64,000 nucleotides of DNA from an uncultured Verrucomicrobiae bacterium (GTDB taxonomy: Bacteria > Verrucomicrobiota > Verrucomicrobiia > Chthoniobacterales > UBA10450). Location: NCBI GenBank assembly GCA_963726745.1, contig CAVSDR010000006.1, forward strand, positions 800,001 to 864,000, given 5' to 3'. Positions 20,467 through 33,835 of the stretch are shown one piece after another. Position 1 is the stretch's first letter, and the number at the start of each line of letters is the position of its first letter. The notes below the pieces were generated by a model that worked only from the letters and a program-made list of their open reading frames with translations, was not told where the DNA came from and searched no databases. The translations under genes were made by a program, and so were the position numbers.

Positions 20467-20485
20467 AACCGAACACCAGACGGGA

Positions 20486-21295
20486 CTAGGAAAGCTGGCT
20501 CTCGGCGCGGCTCGCCTTCACCACTGCCCGAGCGTGCGTGCCAAGGAGGAGCGCAATCAAGGCGATGCCGCCGAGATAGGTGCTCGGCTCGGGGATCATG
20601 GGAATGCCGCCGCCGACAGACATGAGGAAGTAGGGATCGCTGTTTGGCTTCTCGCCGTGGGACGCATCGGCGTAGAGCAGGAACCCTTGAATATTGGCGT
20701 CCGACTTGCCGAGCTGCTGGAGGAGCTTGCCGAAATCGAGCTTCCAATAATCTTCCTTCGACGAAGCCCCCGGGACGGTCGTGGGCACCATCGCGGCGAA
20801 GATGTTCTCCGGCGTCGCATTAGCGAAGATGGAGTTATTCGCACCCAGGAGGATAAGGCCGGGCTCGACTTTATTTGGATTGAAAAACGCGTCGGTCGCT
20901 TTGATGTCAAAGTCTGCCAAGACGATCGAGACGGTGGAGGCGCTGACCAAACCGTTGAACTGGATGTTCAGACCAGTGGACTGCGTTTGCTTGGCCGCAT
21001 CGGCGTAGAGACCGAGCCCGAATTGAGTCACGCTGCCACCACCCTTGTCGTAAGCCACGCCGAAGGTCTGATCGAACTCAAAGTCGCGGTTCACCTGCGG
21101 GCTGAAGCTGGACTTCCCGAGCGGAGAAGCAGCGTCAATTCCTTGGGCCGCGGTCATGGTGTAGTTGGCCCCGGTGGGTGTGTAGGAATGGCCGAGAAGG
21201 ACGGCCGCCTGCGTCGCGGAGGACAAAGCGAGGAGACCGGCGCTCGCCAGCAAAAGACGGCAAGTCGAGGAAGCGAAGGGCACAAGTGATTTCAT
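20486..21295 (-). CDS. PEP-CTERM sorting-domain protein
   Basis: Signal peptide; C-terminal 'IPEPSTY' + TM helix + basic residues. Confidence 0.85.
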   Translation of the reverse strand: MKSLVPFASSTCRLLLASAGLLALSSATQAAVLLGHSYTPTGANYTMTAAQGIDAASPLGKSSFSPQVNRDFEFDQTFGVAYDKGGGSVTQFGLGLYADAAKQTQSTGLNIQFNGLVSASTVSIVLADFDIKATDAFFNPNKVEPGLILLGANNSIFANATPENIFAAMVPTTVPGASSKEDYWKLDFGKLLQQLGKSDANIQGFLLYADASHGEKPNSDPYFLMSVGGGIPMIPEPSTYLGGIALIALLLGTHARAVVKASRAESQLS

Positions 21296-21656
21296 GATGG
21301 TGATGCGAATGGTGTGTTTGGATTTATAAACAACAGACTGATGAACCGTTGAAGATTCATAATTGTCATAATTGATTCTCATTCGGCAACAAATTTCTCA
21401 TGCCGCATGGAAAAGTTTTTGTGCGCACCGGGCATTTTGCCCACTTTCCGGCTTAAAAACTCCCTTTACGGGGTCGTAAGCGGAAGGAAAGGCAGGGGAA
21501 GGGACAAAAGCCGTCAGCGTAGGCACGCCGAGGATTTCGTGCCAATCGCCGGCCTGCGGCGAAATTCGCTGCGACCCAAGAGGCTGTCGGCAGCGGGTGC
21601 CGACACGCCGAAGAGATTTACAAGAGGCGGCTCAGAGTCCGCCCATTCGGCCCGGG

Positions 21657-22670
21657 CTAAGGCAACTGCCCGAGTTGCTCCTGCTCCGACGGCCGCGCCA
21701 GGAGCTTGATATCGGCATCGACCATGATCTCGACGAGTTCCTTGAAGCGGGTTTTCGGTTCCCAATCGAGCACGCGCTTGGCCTTTGCCGGATCGCCGAT
21801 GAGCAACTCAACCTCCGCCGGACGCTCGTAGCGCTCGTCGTGCTTCACGTATTCCTTCCAGTCCATGTCGGCACGGGCAAAGGCGACTTCGCAGAACTCG
21901 CGCACAGTGTGGGTTTCGTTCGTCGCGAGGACAAAATCGTCGCCCTCGTCGTGCTGCAAGATGCGCCACATGCCCTCGACATATTCCGGAGCGTAACCCC
22001 AATCGCGCTTGGCCTCGAGGTTGCCGAGGAAGAGTTCCTTTTGCAGACCGTGCTTAATCGCCGCGACCGCGCGGGTGATCTTGCGGGTGACGAAGGTTTC
22101 GCCGCGCCGCGGGCTTTCGTGGTTAAAGAGAATGCCGTTGCTCGCGCACAGGCCGTAGCTTTCGCGGTAGTTGATCGTCGCCCAGTAGCTGAAAACCTTC
22201 GCCACCGCGTAGGGACTGCGCGGCCAGAAGGGCGTCGTCTCGGTCTGCGGGACTTCCTGGACTTTGCCGAACATCTCGCTGCTTGAGGCCTGATAAAAAC
22301 GCGAACGGATGCCGGTCTCGCGGATCGCCTCGAGGATGCGGATGGTGCCCACGCCGGTGACGTCGGCCGTGTATTCCGGGATGTCGAAGCTCACGCGCAC
22401 GTGGCTTTGGGCGGCGAGATTGTAGATCTCGTCCGGCTTCAAATTATACAGCAACTTCACCAGGTTCACCGAGTCGGCGAGATCGCCGTAATGCAGGAAA
22501 AGGCGAACGCCGTTGATGTGCGGATCCGCGTAAAGATGATCGATGCGCGAGGTGTTGAACGAGCTCGCACGGCGGATGATCCCATGGACTTCGTAGCCTT
22601 TTTGCAGGAGCAAATCGGCGAGGTAGCTGCCGTCCTGACCTGTGATCCCGGTGATGAGTGCTTTTTTCAT
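21657..22670 (-). CDS. gmd: GDP-mannose 4,6-dehydratase
   Basis: '[14 protein letters not shown]', '[10 protein letters not shown]', 'SPYAVAK', '[15 protein letters not shown]'. Confidence 0.97.
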   Translation of the reverse strand: MKKALITGITGQDGSYLADLLLQKGYEVHGIIRRASSFNTSRIDHLYADPHINGVRLFLHYGDLADSVNLVKLLYNLKPDEIYNLAAQSHVRVSFDIPEYTADVTGVGTIRILEAIRETGIRSRFYQASSSEMFGKVQEVPQTETTPFWPRSPYAVAKVFSYWATINYRESYGLCASNGILFNHESPRRGETFVTRKITRAVAAIKHGLQKELFLGNLEAKRDWGYAPEYVEGMWRILQHDEGDDFVLATNETHTVREFCEVAFARADMDWKEYVKHDERYERPAEVELLIGDPAKAKRVLDWEPKTRFKELVEIMVDADIKLLARPSEQEQLGQLP

Positions 22671-22717
22671 TGGTTGGTGATTCTCCCGCGGCTGCGGCGA
22701 GAAATCGGTAGCACGAT

Positions 22718-23461
22718 CTAAACCGCTTGCACGCCCAAATGCCGCAGGGCTGCGCGCTGGGCCTCGACCAGCTCGGCGATTCCCTTGCGCCCGAGCGTGA
22801 GCATGCCGGCTAATTCCTCCGGCGAAAACGTCGCCTCCTCGCCAGAACCTTGCAGCTCCACAAATTCGCCGTCCTCGGTCGCAACGAGGTTGAAATCGAC
22901 CGTGACCGCTTTGTCCTCCTCGTAGTTCAAGTCGAGCACCGCGGTCTGCGCGAGCACGCCGGCGCTGACCGCCGCGACGAACTTCCGCAAGGGCGACTGC
23001 TTGAATTTTTTCTCGTCGAGCAATCTTTGGCACGCCAGCGCCATGGCCACGCTCGCGCCGGTGATCGCTGCAGTGCGCGTGCCGCCATCGGCCTGGAGCA
23101 CATCGCAATCGACCCAGATGGTGCGCTGCCCCAACTTGTCCAGGTCGACCACCGCGCGGAGCGAGCGACCGATAAGGCGCTGAATCTCGGAGCTGCGGCC
23201 ATCCAGGCGGCCCTTCGCGATGTCGCGCGGCTTCCGCCACTGGGTCGAGTAGGGCAGCATGGAATACTCCGCGGTCAGCCAGCCGCCTGGCACGCCCTGT
23301 TGTTTCATCCAACCAGGGACGCCATCCTCGATCATAACCGCGCAAATTACACGGGTGCTTCCCATGGCCACCAGGACGGAACCGGTTGCCTGCGGGGCGA
23401 TCCCCAATTCGAAGCTAATTGGGCGAAGTTGATCGGGTGCGCGGCCATCGGTGCGGAGCAT
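22718..23461 (-). CDS. rph: Ribonuclease PH
   Basis: 'TAEYSMLP', '[12 protein letters not shown]', '[18 protein letters not shown]'. Confidence 0.96.
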   Translation of the reverse strand: MLRTDGRAPDQLRPISFELGIAPQATGSVLVAMGSTRVICAVMIEDGVPGWMKQQGVPGGWLTAEYSMLPYSTQWRKPRDIAKGRLDGRSSEIQRLIGRSLRAVVDLDKLGQRTIWVDCDVLQADGGTRTAAITGASVAMALACQRLLDEKKFKQSPLRKFVAAVSAGVLAQTAVLDLNYEEDKAVTVDFNLVATEDGEFVELQGSGEEATFSPEELAGMLTLGRKGIAELVEAQRAALRHLGVQAV

Positions 23462-23684
23462 GCGCGCAGCGTAAACCGTCACGATCAAGGCGCGAATGAA
23501 AAGAGGCCACCGCTGCGAGACGATGGGTGCCTCGAAATTACGCATCGGCGAAATTTTTTCGGGGCTGCGCTTGACGCCGAGAAAGCGCTGCCTAATCTGC
23601 CGACCGTTCGATCGGTTGCCTTCGACTCCATGCGAGGGAAAAGCGGCCGCCGCAAAAAAGATCAAACTTTTTTGTGAATCGCAG

Positions 23685-23712
23685 TTGACGGAAGCGTCAT
23701 TCGCGATAATTT
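23685..23712 (+). promoter_or_regulatory. Putative sigma70 promoter of the 23S-5S unit
   Basis: TTGACG-N16-TAATTT with A/T-tract UP-like element upstream. Confidence 0.55.
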
Positions 23713-23879
23713 CGACACCCCGCCGCAAACGGGACTTCGGAAGCGCAAGCCTTCGGAGTTGTGTTCTGGAAATTTTGGGACTGCAAATTGGAACTCAATT
23801 TTGTCCCGCCTTGATTACGGCAACGTGTTCGAGTCGGAAGACAGAGTTGAGTTTTTTTGTCGCCTAGAATATCGCAGTC

Positions 23880-23907
23880 GCTGGTTCTTTGACATCTACA
23901 TACAGGG
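23880..23907 (+). promoter_or_regulatory. boxA-like antiterminator and 5' arm of pre-23S processing stem
   Basis: GTTCTTTGACA; 28-nt complementarity to 26995..27022. Confidence 0.75.
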
Positions 23908-24031
23908 TAGTAAAAACAACTTTTAAGAGCTGAGTCTGAAATATGCGGCCAGGAGGTAAGATGCCTGGCCTGCGAGAGTTTCAGTTATCATAAAGATCTC
24001 TGGTCCGGCATTCGCCGGATCGGAACAGATT

Positions 24032-26888
<2,857 letters not shown>

Positions 26889-27124
26889 ATTTACTTTTCA
26901 ATTAACCCGTCGCTTCGTCTGCAAGGACGGAGCGGCGGTAAATTGAGGGGAATGACTTAAAATAAAACGAAGCCTTGAAAATTGCGGACACTGTCCCTGT
27001 ATGTAGATATCAGAGAATCAGCACACACTGGTTCTTTAGGAAAATGACCTGGTTAGATCACCAGAGATTCGGAGTCGAAGGCTCCTCCCCCGCCTGGGGT
27101 TGGATGCAAGAGACGGCTCGGCCC

Positions 27125-27239
27125 TCTGGTGATCATAGCGCAGTGGCCCCACCCGTTCCCATTCCGAACACGGAAGTGAAACGCTGCAGCCCCGATGGTA
27201 GTGCATCTATAGGTTGTGCGAGAGTAGGACGTCGCCAGA
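27125..27239 (+). rRNA. rrf: 5S ribosomal RNA
   Basis: TCTGGTGA...CCCATTCCGAACACGGAAGTGAA...GAGAGTAGGACGTCGCCAGA. Confidence 0.96.
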
Positions 27240-27245
27240 ATTTAT

Positions 27246-27284
27246 GCCCGGCTTCTTGGAAACAAGAGGCCGGGCTTTTTCTTT
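27246..27284 (+). terminator. rRNA operon terminator
   Basis: GCCCGGCTTCTTG-GAAA-CAAGAGGCCGGGC-TTTTT. Confidence 0.85.
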
Positions 27285-27379
27285 GCCGCCGATGACAGGC
27301 GAACAAAGTCGTTCAGTGGATTTGCAGCCAAGTTGGCAAAGACTTGAATAGATCGAGCCCTACCCCCTTCTATACAGGC

Positions 27380-27713
27380 ATGAAAACGAACTCCCTGTTC
27401 AGTCTCGCCGCCAGCGCACTACTTGCCTTCAGCGGCACCGCTCTGGCTAGCCCCAGCAAAACCTACCAAGTCACTGGACCAATCCTGGAGATGAACGACT
27501 CCATGGTTGCGGTGCAGAAAGGGTAAGGAACGCTGGGAGGTCGCCCGCGATGCCAGCACCAAAGCCACCGGCGAAATGAAAGTCGGTGACAAGGTCACGA
27601 TCACCTACACCATGACCGCAACCGAGATCGAATCCAAAGCCGCCGCACCGACGGCAGCGAAGGACGCAGGAGCCAAGCCAGCGAAAACCGCCGCCTCTCC
27701 CGCGAAGAAGTAG
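27380..27713 (+). CDS. Small secreted beta-rich hypothetical protein (frameshift near 27521)
   Basis: Signal peptide MKTNSLFSLAASALLA; 'YQVTGPILE...VQKG' continues as 'KERWEVARD...KVGDKVTITYTMTA'. Confidence 0.7.
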
Positions 27714-27743
27714 GTTCAGTTCGAGGGCAGCCGGCGGAAAAGC

Positions 27744-29255
27744 TTAACGCCGCCGGCTGCCGCTTCCGAGGACGGATCCGAGCAGGCCGCGCACGATTTG
27801 CCGGCCGATCTGCGAACTCGCGGCCCGCATCGCACTTTTCATCATGCTGGTGGCGACCGAGTCCTTGACTGCGCCCCGGGGCCCGATCGTCGGTTGGAAG
27901 ACCGACTCGATTTTGCCCATGACCGAAGGGGACGTGCCTGTCGGGGAACCCGCGCCCGGCGCAGCGGCGGCCACCTTCTCGGCCGCGCGCGCCTGGAGTT
28001 TTTCATAGGCCGACTCACGGTCGACCGTTTTCTCGTAGTGCCCGAAAACGACGGACCCGTTAATGATCGCCTGCCTCTGCTGTGGCGTGACGGGGCCAAT
28101 CTGGCTTCGCGGCGGAGCAATCAGGGCGCGCTGAACGATCCCGGGTTTGCCATCCTCCTCGAGCATGGAAACGAGCGCCTCCCCTACTCCTAATTCGGTC
28201 AAAACCGACTCGACGTTGAGCTTCGGATTTTGGCGGAAGGTTTGCGCTGCCGCGGAGACCGCCTTCTGGTCGCGCGGAGTGAAGGCACGGAGCGCATGTT
28301 GCACCCGGTTGCCGAGCTGCCCGAGGACCACATCCGGAATATCCAGCGGGTTCTGACTCACGAAGTAAACGCCCACCCCCTTCGAGCGAATGAGCCGCAC
28401 GACCTGCTCGATCTTATCCCCGAGCGCCTTCTCGATGTCGGCAAATAGCAGATGCGCCTCGTCGAAGAAGAAAACCAGCTTCGGCTTTTCCACGTCGCCG
28501 ACTTCGGGCAGGCGCTCGAAGAGCTCCGAGAGGAGCCAGAGCAGGAACGTCGCGTAAACCTTGGGCGACTGCTGCATCAATTTGTCGGCTGCGAGAATGT
28601 TGATCACCCCGCGGCCATTCTGCGTTTGCAGGAGATCCTCGAGGTCGAGCGCGGGTTCGCCGAAAAATTTGTCAGCGCCTTGTGATTCCAGCGCGAGCAA
28701 GTTGCGCTGGATCGCCCCGGCGCTCGCGGTGGAGACGTTGCCGTATTGCGTTTTAAATTCCGCCGCGTTATCGGCCACGAACTGCACCATCGAGCGCAAA
28801 TCTTTCAGATCGAGCAAGAGGAGGCCGCGTTCATCCGCGATCCGGAAGACCATGTTGAGCACGCCTTCCTGGGTGTCGTTTAACTCGAGCAAGCGGCCCA
28901 AGAGGAGCGGCCCCATCTCTGAGACCGTCGCACGCACCGGATGCCCGCTTTCGCCGAAGACATCCCAGAAAACCACCGGCGAGCCCTCCGGCTTCCAGTC
29001 CGCGAGCTGCAGATCTTTGACTCGTTGATCGACTTTCGCGTTGCCGCCGCCGGGCTGGCTCACCCCTGCGAGGTCGCCTTTCACGTCGGCCATAAAGACG
29101 GGCACCCCGCGCGCGCTGAAGCTCTCCGCCAGAGTCTGCAAGGTAACCGTCTTGCCGGTACCGGTCGCGCCGGCGATGAGGCCGTGGCGGTTCGCCATTT
29201 TCGGCAAAAGAAAAATCGGGGCGTCGCCCTGTGCGACCAGGATGGGATCGTTCAT
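27744..29255 (-). CDS. DUF853/YjgR HerA-like ATPase
   Basis: '[15 protein letters not shown]', 'FFFDEAH', '[12 protein letters not shown]', '[13 protein letters not shown]'. Confidence 0.92.
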   Translation of the reverse strand: MNDPILVAQGDAPIFLLPKMANRHGLIAGATGTGKTVTLQTLAESFSARGVPVFMADVKGDLAGVSQPGGGNAKVDQRVKDLQLADWKPEGSPVVFWDVFGESGHPVRATVSEMGPLLLGRLLELNDTQEGVLNMVFRIADERGLLLLDLKDLRSMVQFVADNAAEFKTQYGNVSTASAGAIQRNLLALESQGADKFFGEPALDLEDLLQTQNGRGVINILAADKLMQQSPKVYATFLLWLLSELFERLPEVGDVEKPKLVFFFDEAHLLFADIEKALGDKIEQVVRLIRSKGVGVYFVSQNPLDIPDVVLGQLGNRVQHALRAFTPRDQKAVSAAAQTFRQNPKLNVESVLTELGVGEALVSMLEEDGKPGIVQRALIAPPRSQIGPVTPQQRQAIINGSVVFGHYEKTVDRESAYEKLQARAAEKVAAAAPGAGSPTGTSPSVMGKIESVFQPTIGPRGAVKDSVATSMMKSAMRAASSQIGRQIVRGLLGSVLGSGSRRR

Positions 29256-29312
29256 GCGCCCGCAGTCTGTGCGGAAACGGACGAGCTTGTCCAGATTGTC
29301 GGCAGTTTCCCG

Positions 29313-31190
29313 CTAGACCCCGGCGGTTTCCACCGCCTGCGTCTCGGGCGCGAGCTCATCGACAGGCGCAGCCTCGATCGAGATGATCTCAAACGTGCCC
29401 GTGCCTTGCTCGGAATTGAGCGTCACCTGGTCTCCGACCTTGTGACCGAGAAGCGCCTGCCCGATGGCCGTCTGGTAGGAAAGAATGCCGCGATCGGGAT
29501 CGCCATCCCAAGCGCCGAGAATGCTGTAGGTCTCTTCCTTGCCGGAAGCGCCTTCGCGTAGCGTGACCACCGTGCCGATGGAAACCTGCGACGTGTCCGG
29601 ATTCTCAAAGTTCGTCCCGCGCGCGCTATGGAGCGCGATCTCGAGCTCGGCCTTCCGCCGCATGAGCACGGCCTGCATTTCCTTGGCCGCCTTGAACTCG
29701 AAATTCTCCCGGAGATCACCGTAGGAGCGAGCGACCCCGATCTCTTTTGAATTCTCGGGAATCTTCTTCATCACCAGCTCCTCGAGCTCGGCTTTGCGCT
29801 TCTCCAGGCTGCTCCAGGAAACAACCAGCGACTCGATCTTTTCGTCCTTCTGCTCGCCGGTGACGACGCTTTCGAGTTCCGGGTAGAGCTTGATGATGCG
29901 CGCCAGCAGCGAACGCTTCGTCAGTTCGTCGAAGACCGGCGTGAGCATGAGCCGGCGCATGCCATCGCGGGCCACGCTCATCTCCGCGTTCGCGTAGATA
30001 TCCGGCAGGAGCTCGCGGTCCTCGAGCAGCAGGTCGCGCAGCTTGCTCCCGCGGCTGTTTTCGTTGTGCTGGTCGCGCTCGAGCGCGGACAAGATCGCGC
30101 TGAGTAATTCCGGCGTGATCAGATCGCGAAATTCGCCCTCCCGCTCGCGGCAAAGCCAAACCAACATCTCGCTGGTGATGGAATGCTCGCGAATGGCGCG
30201 CTGGAAATAGGTCCGCAGTTCCGCCTGCAGGCCGCTCTCGACAAAAATCCGCGGGATCTGCGAAACCGCGCGCGCGTGGTTCGACTGCAGCAGCTGGAAG
30301 GCGCGCTTGGTCCAATCCATCCCCAAGGCCGCCGGCAACACCTGGAGCACGCGCTTTTCCTTAGCCGAGGGCAGCTTCGGCAGAATCACGATAAGCTTCC
30401 CCTCCTCCTCGAAGAGCAAACGCTGCAGCGTGAGCTGCGGTTGGCTGCTGGTGAGCCCGGGAGTGCGCTCCATGAGATCGTCGCGCGCGATCACCAGCTC
30501 GACGGAGAACGCCGGGTTAAAGCGCTGATTGCGCTGCGCCGCATCCTCGATCGCGTCGACCAGCGGCTGCAGCTGCGCCACCGGGTCGTTGAACTCGCTG
30601 TGAAATTTGATGATTTGGTCGAGCGCCGCGGTCTGCTCCTTCGGCTGGCGCGCGTTATTAAAGAACGCGAGCAACTCCTCCGCGCGGGAGACTTTCTCCG
30701 CCCGCAGTTGGATCGGCTCCGTCTTCTTGGCCGGGATGTGGAAGAAGCCCTCCTTCTTCAGGGCCTTCGTGGTCGAGGTCCACCAGCGCTTCCATTCCGC
30801 CTCGTTGAAAAGATCGCCCGTCATCAGCTGGCTGATCTGCGTGACCGTGGCCGAACCGCCGAGGCTCTCGAGCACGTTGCGCATGATCCCGGCGGGATCC
30901 TTCTTCAGCTGCTCCTTGATCGCGCCGAGGTTCGTCGCCTTGCGGGCGAGGAAATGTTCCGGCGGGATCGCCTGCAGGTGATCGGCCGCGTAGGCCAGCT
31001 GCATCGCGTGGCCTTTTTTGCCGGCAAAATCGATCAGGATCTGGTTCAGCAGGAGATTCCACTCTGCCACCTTTCCGAAGCCCCAGCTCTTGTGCAGGCA
31101 ATAGGTGCCCGGCTTGAGCTGCTCCATTTGATCGACCTGTTTGGGCGTTAATTTGCCAGCGACTACCAGCTTCTCGAGTTCAGCATCCAT
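29313..31190 (-). CDS. greA: Long-form transcription elongation factor GreA with large N-terminal extension
   Basis: C-terminal 'ARSYGDLRENFEFKAAK', 'SYQTAIGQALLGHKVGD'; about 460-aa N-terminal extension. Confidence 0.88.
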   Translation of the reverse strand: MDAELEKLVVAGKLTPKQVDQMEQLKPGTYCLHKSWGFGKVAEWNLLLNQILIDFAGKKGHAMQLAYAADHLQAIPPEHFLARKATNLGAIKEQLKKDPAGIMRNVLESLGGSATVTQISQLMTGDLFNEAEWKRWWTSTTKALKKEGFFHIPAKKTEPIQLRAEKVSRAEELLAFFNNARQPKEQTAALDQIIKFHSEFNDPVAQLQPLVDAIEDAAQRNQRFNPAFSVELVIARDDLMERTPGLTSSQPQLTLQRLLFEEEGKLIVILPKLPSAKEKRVLQVLPAALGMDWTKRAFQLLQSNHARAVSQIPRIFVESGLQAELRTYFQRAIREHSITSEMLVWLCREREGEFRDLITPELLSAILSALERDQHNENSRGSKLRDLLLEDRELLPDIYANAEMSVARDGMRRLMLTPVFDELTKRSLLARIIKLYPELESVVTGEQKDEKIESLVVSWSSLEKRKAELEELVMKKIPENSKEIGVARSYGDLRENFEFKAAKEMQAVLMRRKAELEIALHSARGTNFENPDTSQVSIGTVVTLREGASGKEETYSILGAWDGDPDRGILSYQTAIGQALLGHKVGDQVTLNSEQGTGTFEIISIEAAPVDELAPETQAVETAGV

Positions 31191-31288
31191 CAGGGACTAT
31201 GAAGCTACGGCGTTCGGTCGCGGGCGCCAGAGAAAACTCCAGCACGCAGAGGCATTTGCGATTGCCACCTCTCTGGCCCCGTGGGACG

Positions 31289-32258
31289 GTGACCGTAGTG
31301 CCACTCTGGTTTTGGATCGCCTTCCACGTCGGCGTTTTTGTGGTCCTGGCGATCGACCTGATCGGCTTTCATCGCCGCGAGCGCGAGCACGTCATCACGA
31401 TCAAGGAAGCCGCCACCTGGAGCGTGGTCTGGGTGGTTCTTTCCCTCAGCTTCAATCTCCTCGTCTGGCACCTGCGCGGGCCCCAGGCCGCGGTCGAGTT
31501 CTTCACCGGCTACCTGATCGAGTACCTCGCTCAGCGTCGATAACATCTTCGTTTTCGTCCTCATCTTCGGCTACTTCAAGGTGCCCCCGCGGCACCAGCA
31601 CCGCGTCCTCGTGTGGGGCATCCTCGGCGCGCTGGTCATGCGCGGGTTGATGATCGGGATGGGGGTCGCGCTGGTCTCGCGCTTCCATTGGATTCTCTAT
31701 CTCTTCGGCGCCTTTCTCCTGATCACCGGGGTGAAGATGCTCCTGAGCCGCGGCGAGGAGCTGCAGCTCGAGAACAATTTCATCCTGCGCTTTTGCCGCC
31801 GCTGGATGCCGGTGACCAATGAGTATCACGAGCAGCGTTTCGCGGTGAAGCTCAACGGCCGCTGGATGCTCACGCCGCTCGCGCTCGTCCTGATCACGAT
31901 CGAGACGATGGACGTCGTCTTCGCGGTCGACTCCATCCCCGCGGTCTTCGCGATCACGCGCGACGAGTTCATCATCTACACCTCGAATGTCTGCGCCATC
32001 CTCGGCCTGCGCTCGCTCTACTTCGTCCTCGCGCACATCATCGATCGCTTCATTTACCTGAAGGTCGGGCTCGCGCTCATCCTCGGTTTCGTCGGCGCGA
32101 AGATGATCCTGAGCGACCTCTTCCACGTGCCGAACTGGCTCTCGCTCCTCTTCATCATCTCCATCCTCACGATCACGATCAGCCTCTCGCTCTTCGCCAC
32201 CCGTGGCTGGCGCAGCGCGTTAAAAGAGACCTTGCCTCCCGAGGGTAATCTCGATTAG
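31289..32258 (+). CDS. TerC/Alx family membrane protein (frameshift near 31526)
   Basis: 'EFFTGYLIEY' + 'SLSVDNIFVF', 'QHRVLVWGILGALVMRG', 'DVVFAVDSIPA', 'SNVCAILGLRSLYF'. Confidence 0.9.
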
Positions 32259-32271
32259 CTCAGCACCGCTC

Positions 32272-32676
32272 ATGAAAGCTCCCATCGCGGCTCTCCTTTT
32301 CCTCGGCCTCGCCTCGCTCGCGCTCGCGGATATCCACGATCCGCCGTCGAACAGCTACGGCCCCACGCGCAAGCTCGGCCGCGGGATCTCCAACGTCCTT
32401 TACGGCTGGTCCGAGCTCCCGACCACGATCGCGAAAGTGAACGCCGTCGAGGGCAACTCCGCCGCCGGCGGCTACGGCGTCGTCCGCGGGCTCGGCCGCA
32501 GCGTCCTGCGCGTCCAGGCCGGCGTTTTCGAGATTCTCACCTTCCCCTTCCCGCTCGTGCGCGGCTCCTATTATCCGGTGCTCGAAAGCGACACCCATTG
32601 GATTCACGCCGGCTACAAGGAATTCCCGCCCGAGCTCGGCAACGAAGCCAAATACCCCTACGTCCGGCAGTATTAA
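32272..32676 (+). CDS. Putative exosortase-associated protein (TIGR04073-like)
   Basis: Signal peptide; 'RKLGRGISNVLYGWSELP', 'GVFEILTFPFP'. Confidence 0.75.
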   Translation: MKAPIAALLFLGLASLALADIHDPPSNSYGPTRKLGRGISNVLYGWSELPTTIAKVNAVEGNSAAGGYGVVRGLGRSVLRVQAGVFEILTFPFPLVRGSYYPVLESDTHWIHAGYKEFPPELGNEAKYPYVRQY

Positions 32677-32677
32677 C

Positions 32678-33835
32678 CTGCTGATTAACGACATCGCCTT
32701 TGGCGGCAAAGGCGTCGGCCGGTTAGACGGCAAGGTCGTGTTCGTGCCCTTCGTCATCGATGGCGAAGAGGTCGAGGTCCGCATCGCGCAGGAGAAAAAG
32801 CAGTTTGCCGAGGGCGAACTGGAGCAAGTCGTCGCCAGCTCTCCGCATCGCGTTGCGCCGCCCTGCCCTTACTTTGGGCGCTGCGGCGGCTGCAGCTACC
32901 AGCACATCGCCTACGCCCACCAGCTCGAGGTCAAACGCTCCCAGGTCGCGCAGCTCCTCCGGCGCATCGGCCATTTCGCCGAGCTCACGGTCGAGCCCAC
33001 CATCCCCTCGCCCGCGGAATACGGCTACCGCAACCGCATCACCGTCCACGTGGTCGATGGAGTTGTCGGCTATTTCCGGCGCGACGCCCACGAGCTCATC
33101 GATGTCGAGCAATGCCCCATCGCCGAGCCGGGAGTGAACGATGTCCTCCGCGCCCTCCGTGCCCGGAAGCCGCGCGAAGGCCACTACACCCTGCGCGCCC
33201 AGGAAGGCCCGCGCGTCTTCGCGCAGACGAACGACGCCGTCGCCGAGGCGCTGGCAAATTTAGTCAGCGAGATGTTGCCTCGCGGCCAGGCCCTCCTGGT
33301 CGACGCCTACGCCGGAGCCGGCTTTTTCACCAAACGCCTTCACCCCCACTTCGAGCGCGTCGTCGGGATCGAGTGGGACGGTCACGCCGTCACCGCCGCC
33401 CTCGGGAACGCCGCCCCGAACGAGCAATACATCAATGGCGACGTCGAGCAGGAGCTCCGCTGGCAGCTCGAGCGCGCCACCCCCGCGAGCACCAGCGTCA
33501 TCGTCGACCCGCCCGCCACCGGCCTCGGCGCGGAAGCCCGCCGCGCCCTCCTCGCCCATCCGCCCCACACCCTCGTCTACGTCTCCTGCAATCCCTCCAC
33601 CCTCGCCCGCGACCTCCGGGAATTAGCCAGCAAGTTCACCATCGCCCGCGTCGTCCCCCTCGACATGTTCCCCCAGACCGCCGAGATCGAAGTCGCGGTC
33701 CAATGCCGCGGCGCGTATCGAATAGATTCGCAGGCAGTGCTATCGCAGCCAGGCGCGCCGAGCGCGACGCCTTTCGCGCAAATAACCTCGACTCGCTCGG
33801 CCCATCCTCTACCCTCGCTCTACCGCACGAGATGA
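32678..33835 (+). CDS. TRAM-domain RNA (uracil-5)-methyltransferase, RlmD/TrmA family
   Basis: 'INDIAFGGKGVGR', 'CPYFGRCGGCSYQH', 'DAYAGAG', 'VDPP', 'YVSCNPSTLARD', 'DMFPQT'; both ends uncertain. Confidence 0.88.
   Translation: MLINDIAFGGKGVGRLDGKVVFVPFVIDGEEVEVRIAQEKKQFAEGELEQVVASSPHRVAPPCPYFGRCGGCSYQHIAYAHQLEVKRSQVAQLLRRIGHFAELTVEPTIPSPAEYGYRNRITVHVVDGVVGYFRRDAHELIDVEQCPIAEPGVNDVLRALRARKPREGHYTLRAQEGPRVFAQTNDAVAEALANLVSEMLPRGQALLVDAYAGAGFFTKRLHPHFERVVGIEWDGHAVTAALGNAAPNEQYINGDVEQELRWQLERATPASTSVIVDPPATGLGAEARRALLAHPPHTLVYVSCNPSTLARDLRELASKFTIARVVPLDMFPQTAEIEVAVQCRGAYRIDSQAVLSQPGAPSATPFAQITSTRSAHPLPSLYRTR

Noticed and set aside
21657..23345. Apparent 562-aa extended Gmd
   Set aside because: The extension is an alternative frame of rph; Gmd homology starts at 22670
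31191..31297. yybP-ykoY Mn riboswitch before terC
   Set aside because: About 100-bp gap shared with greA; no recognisable consensus
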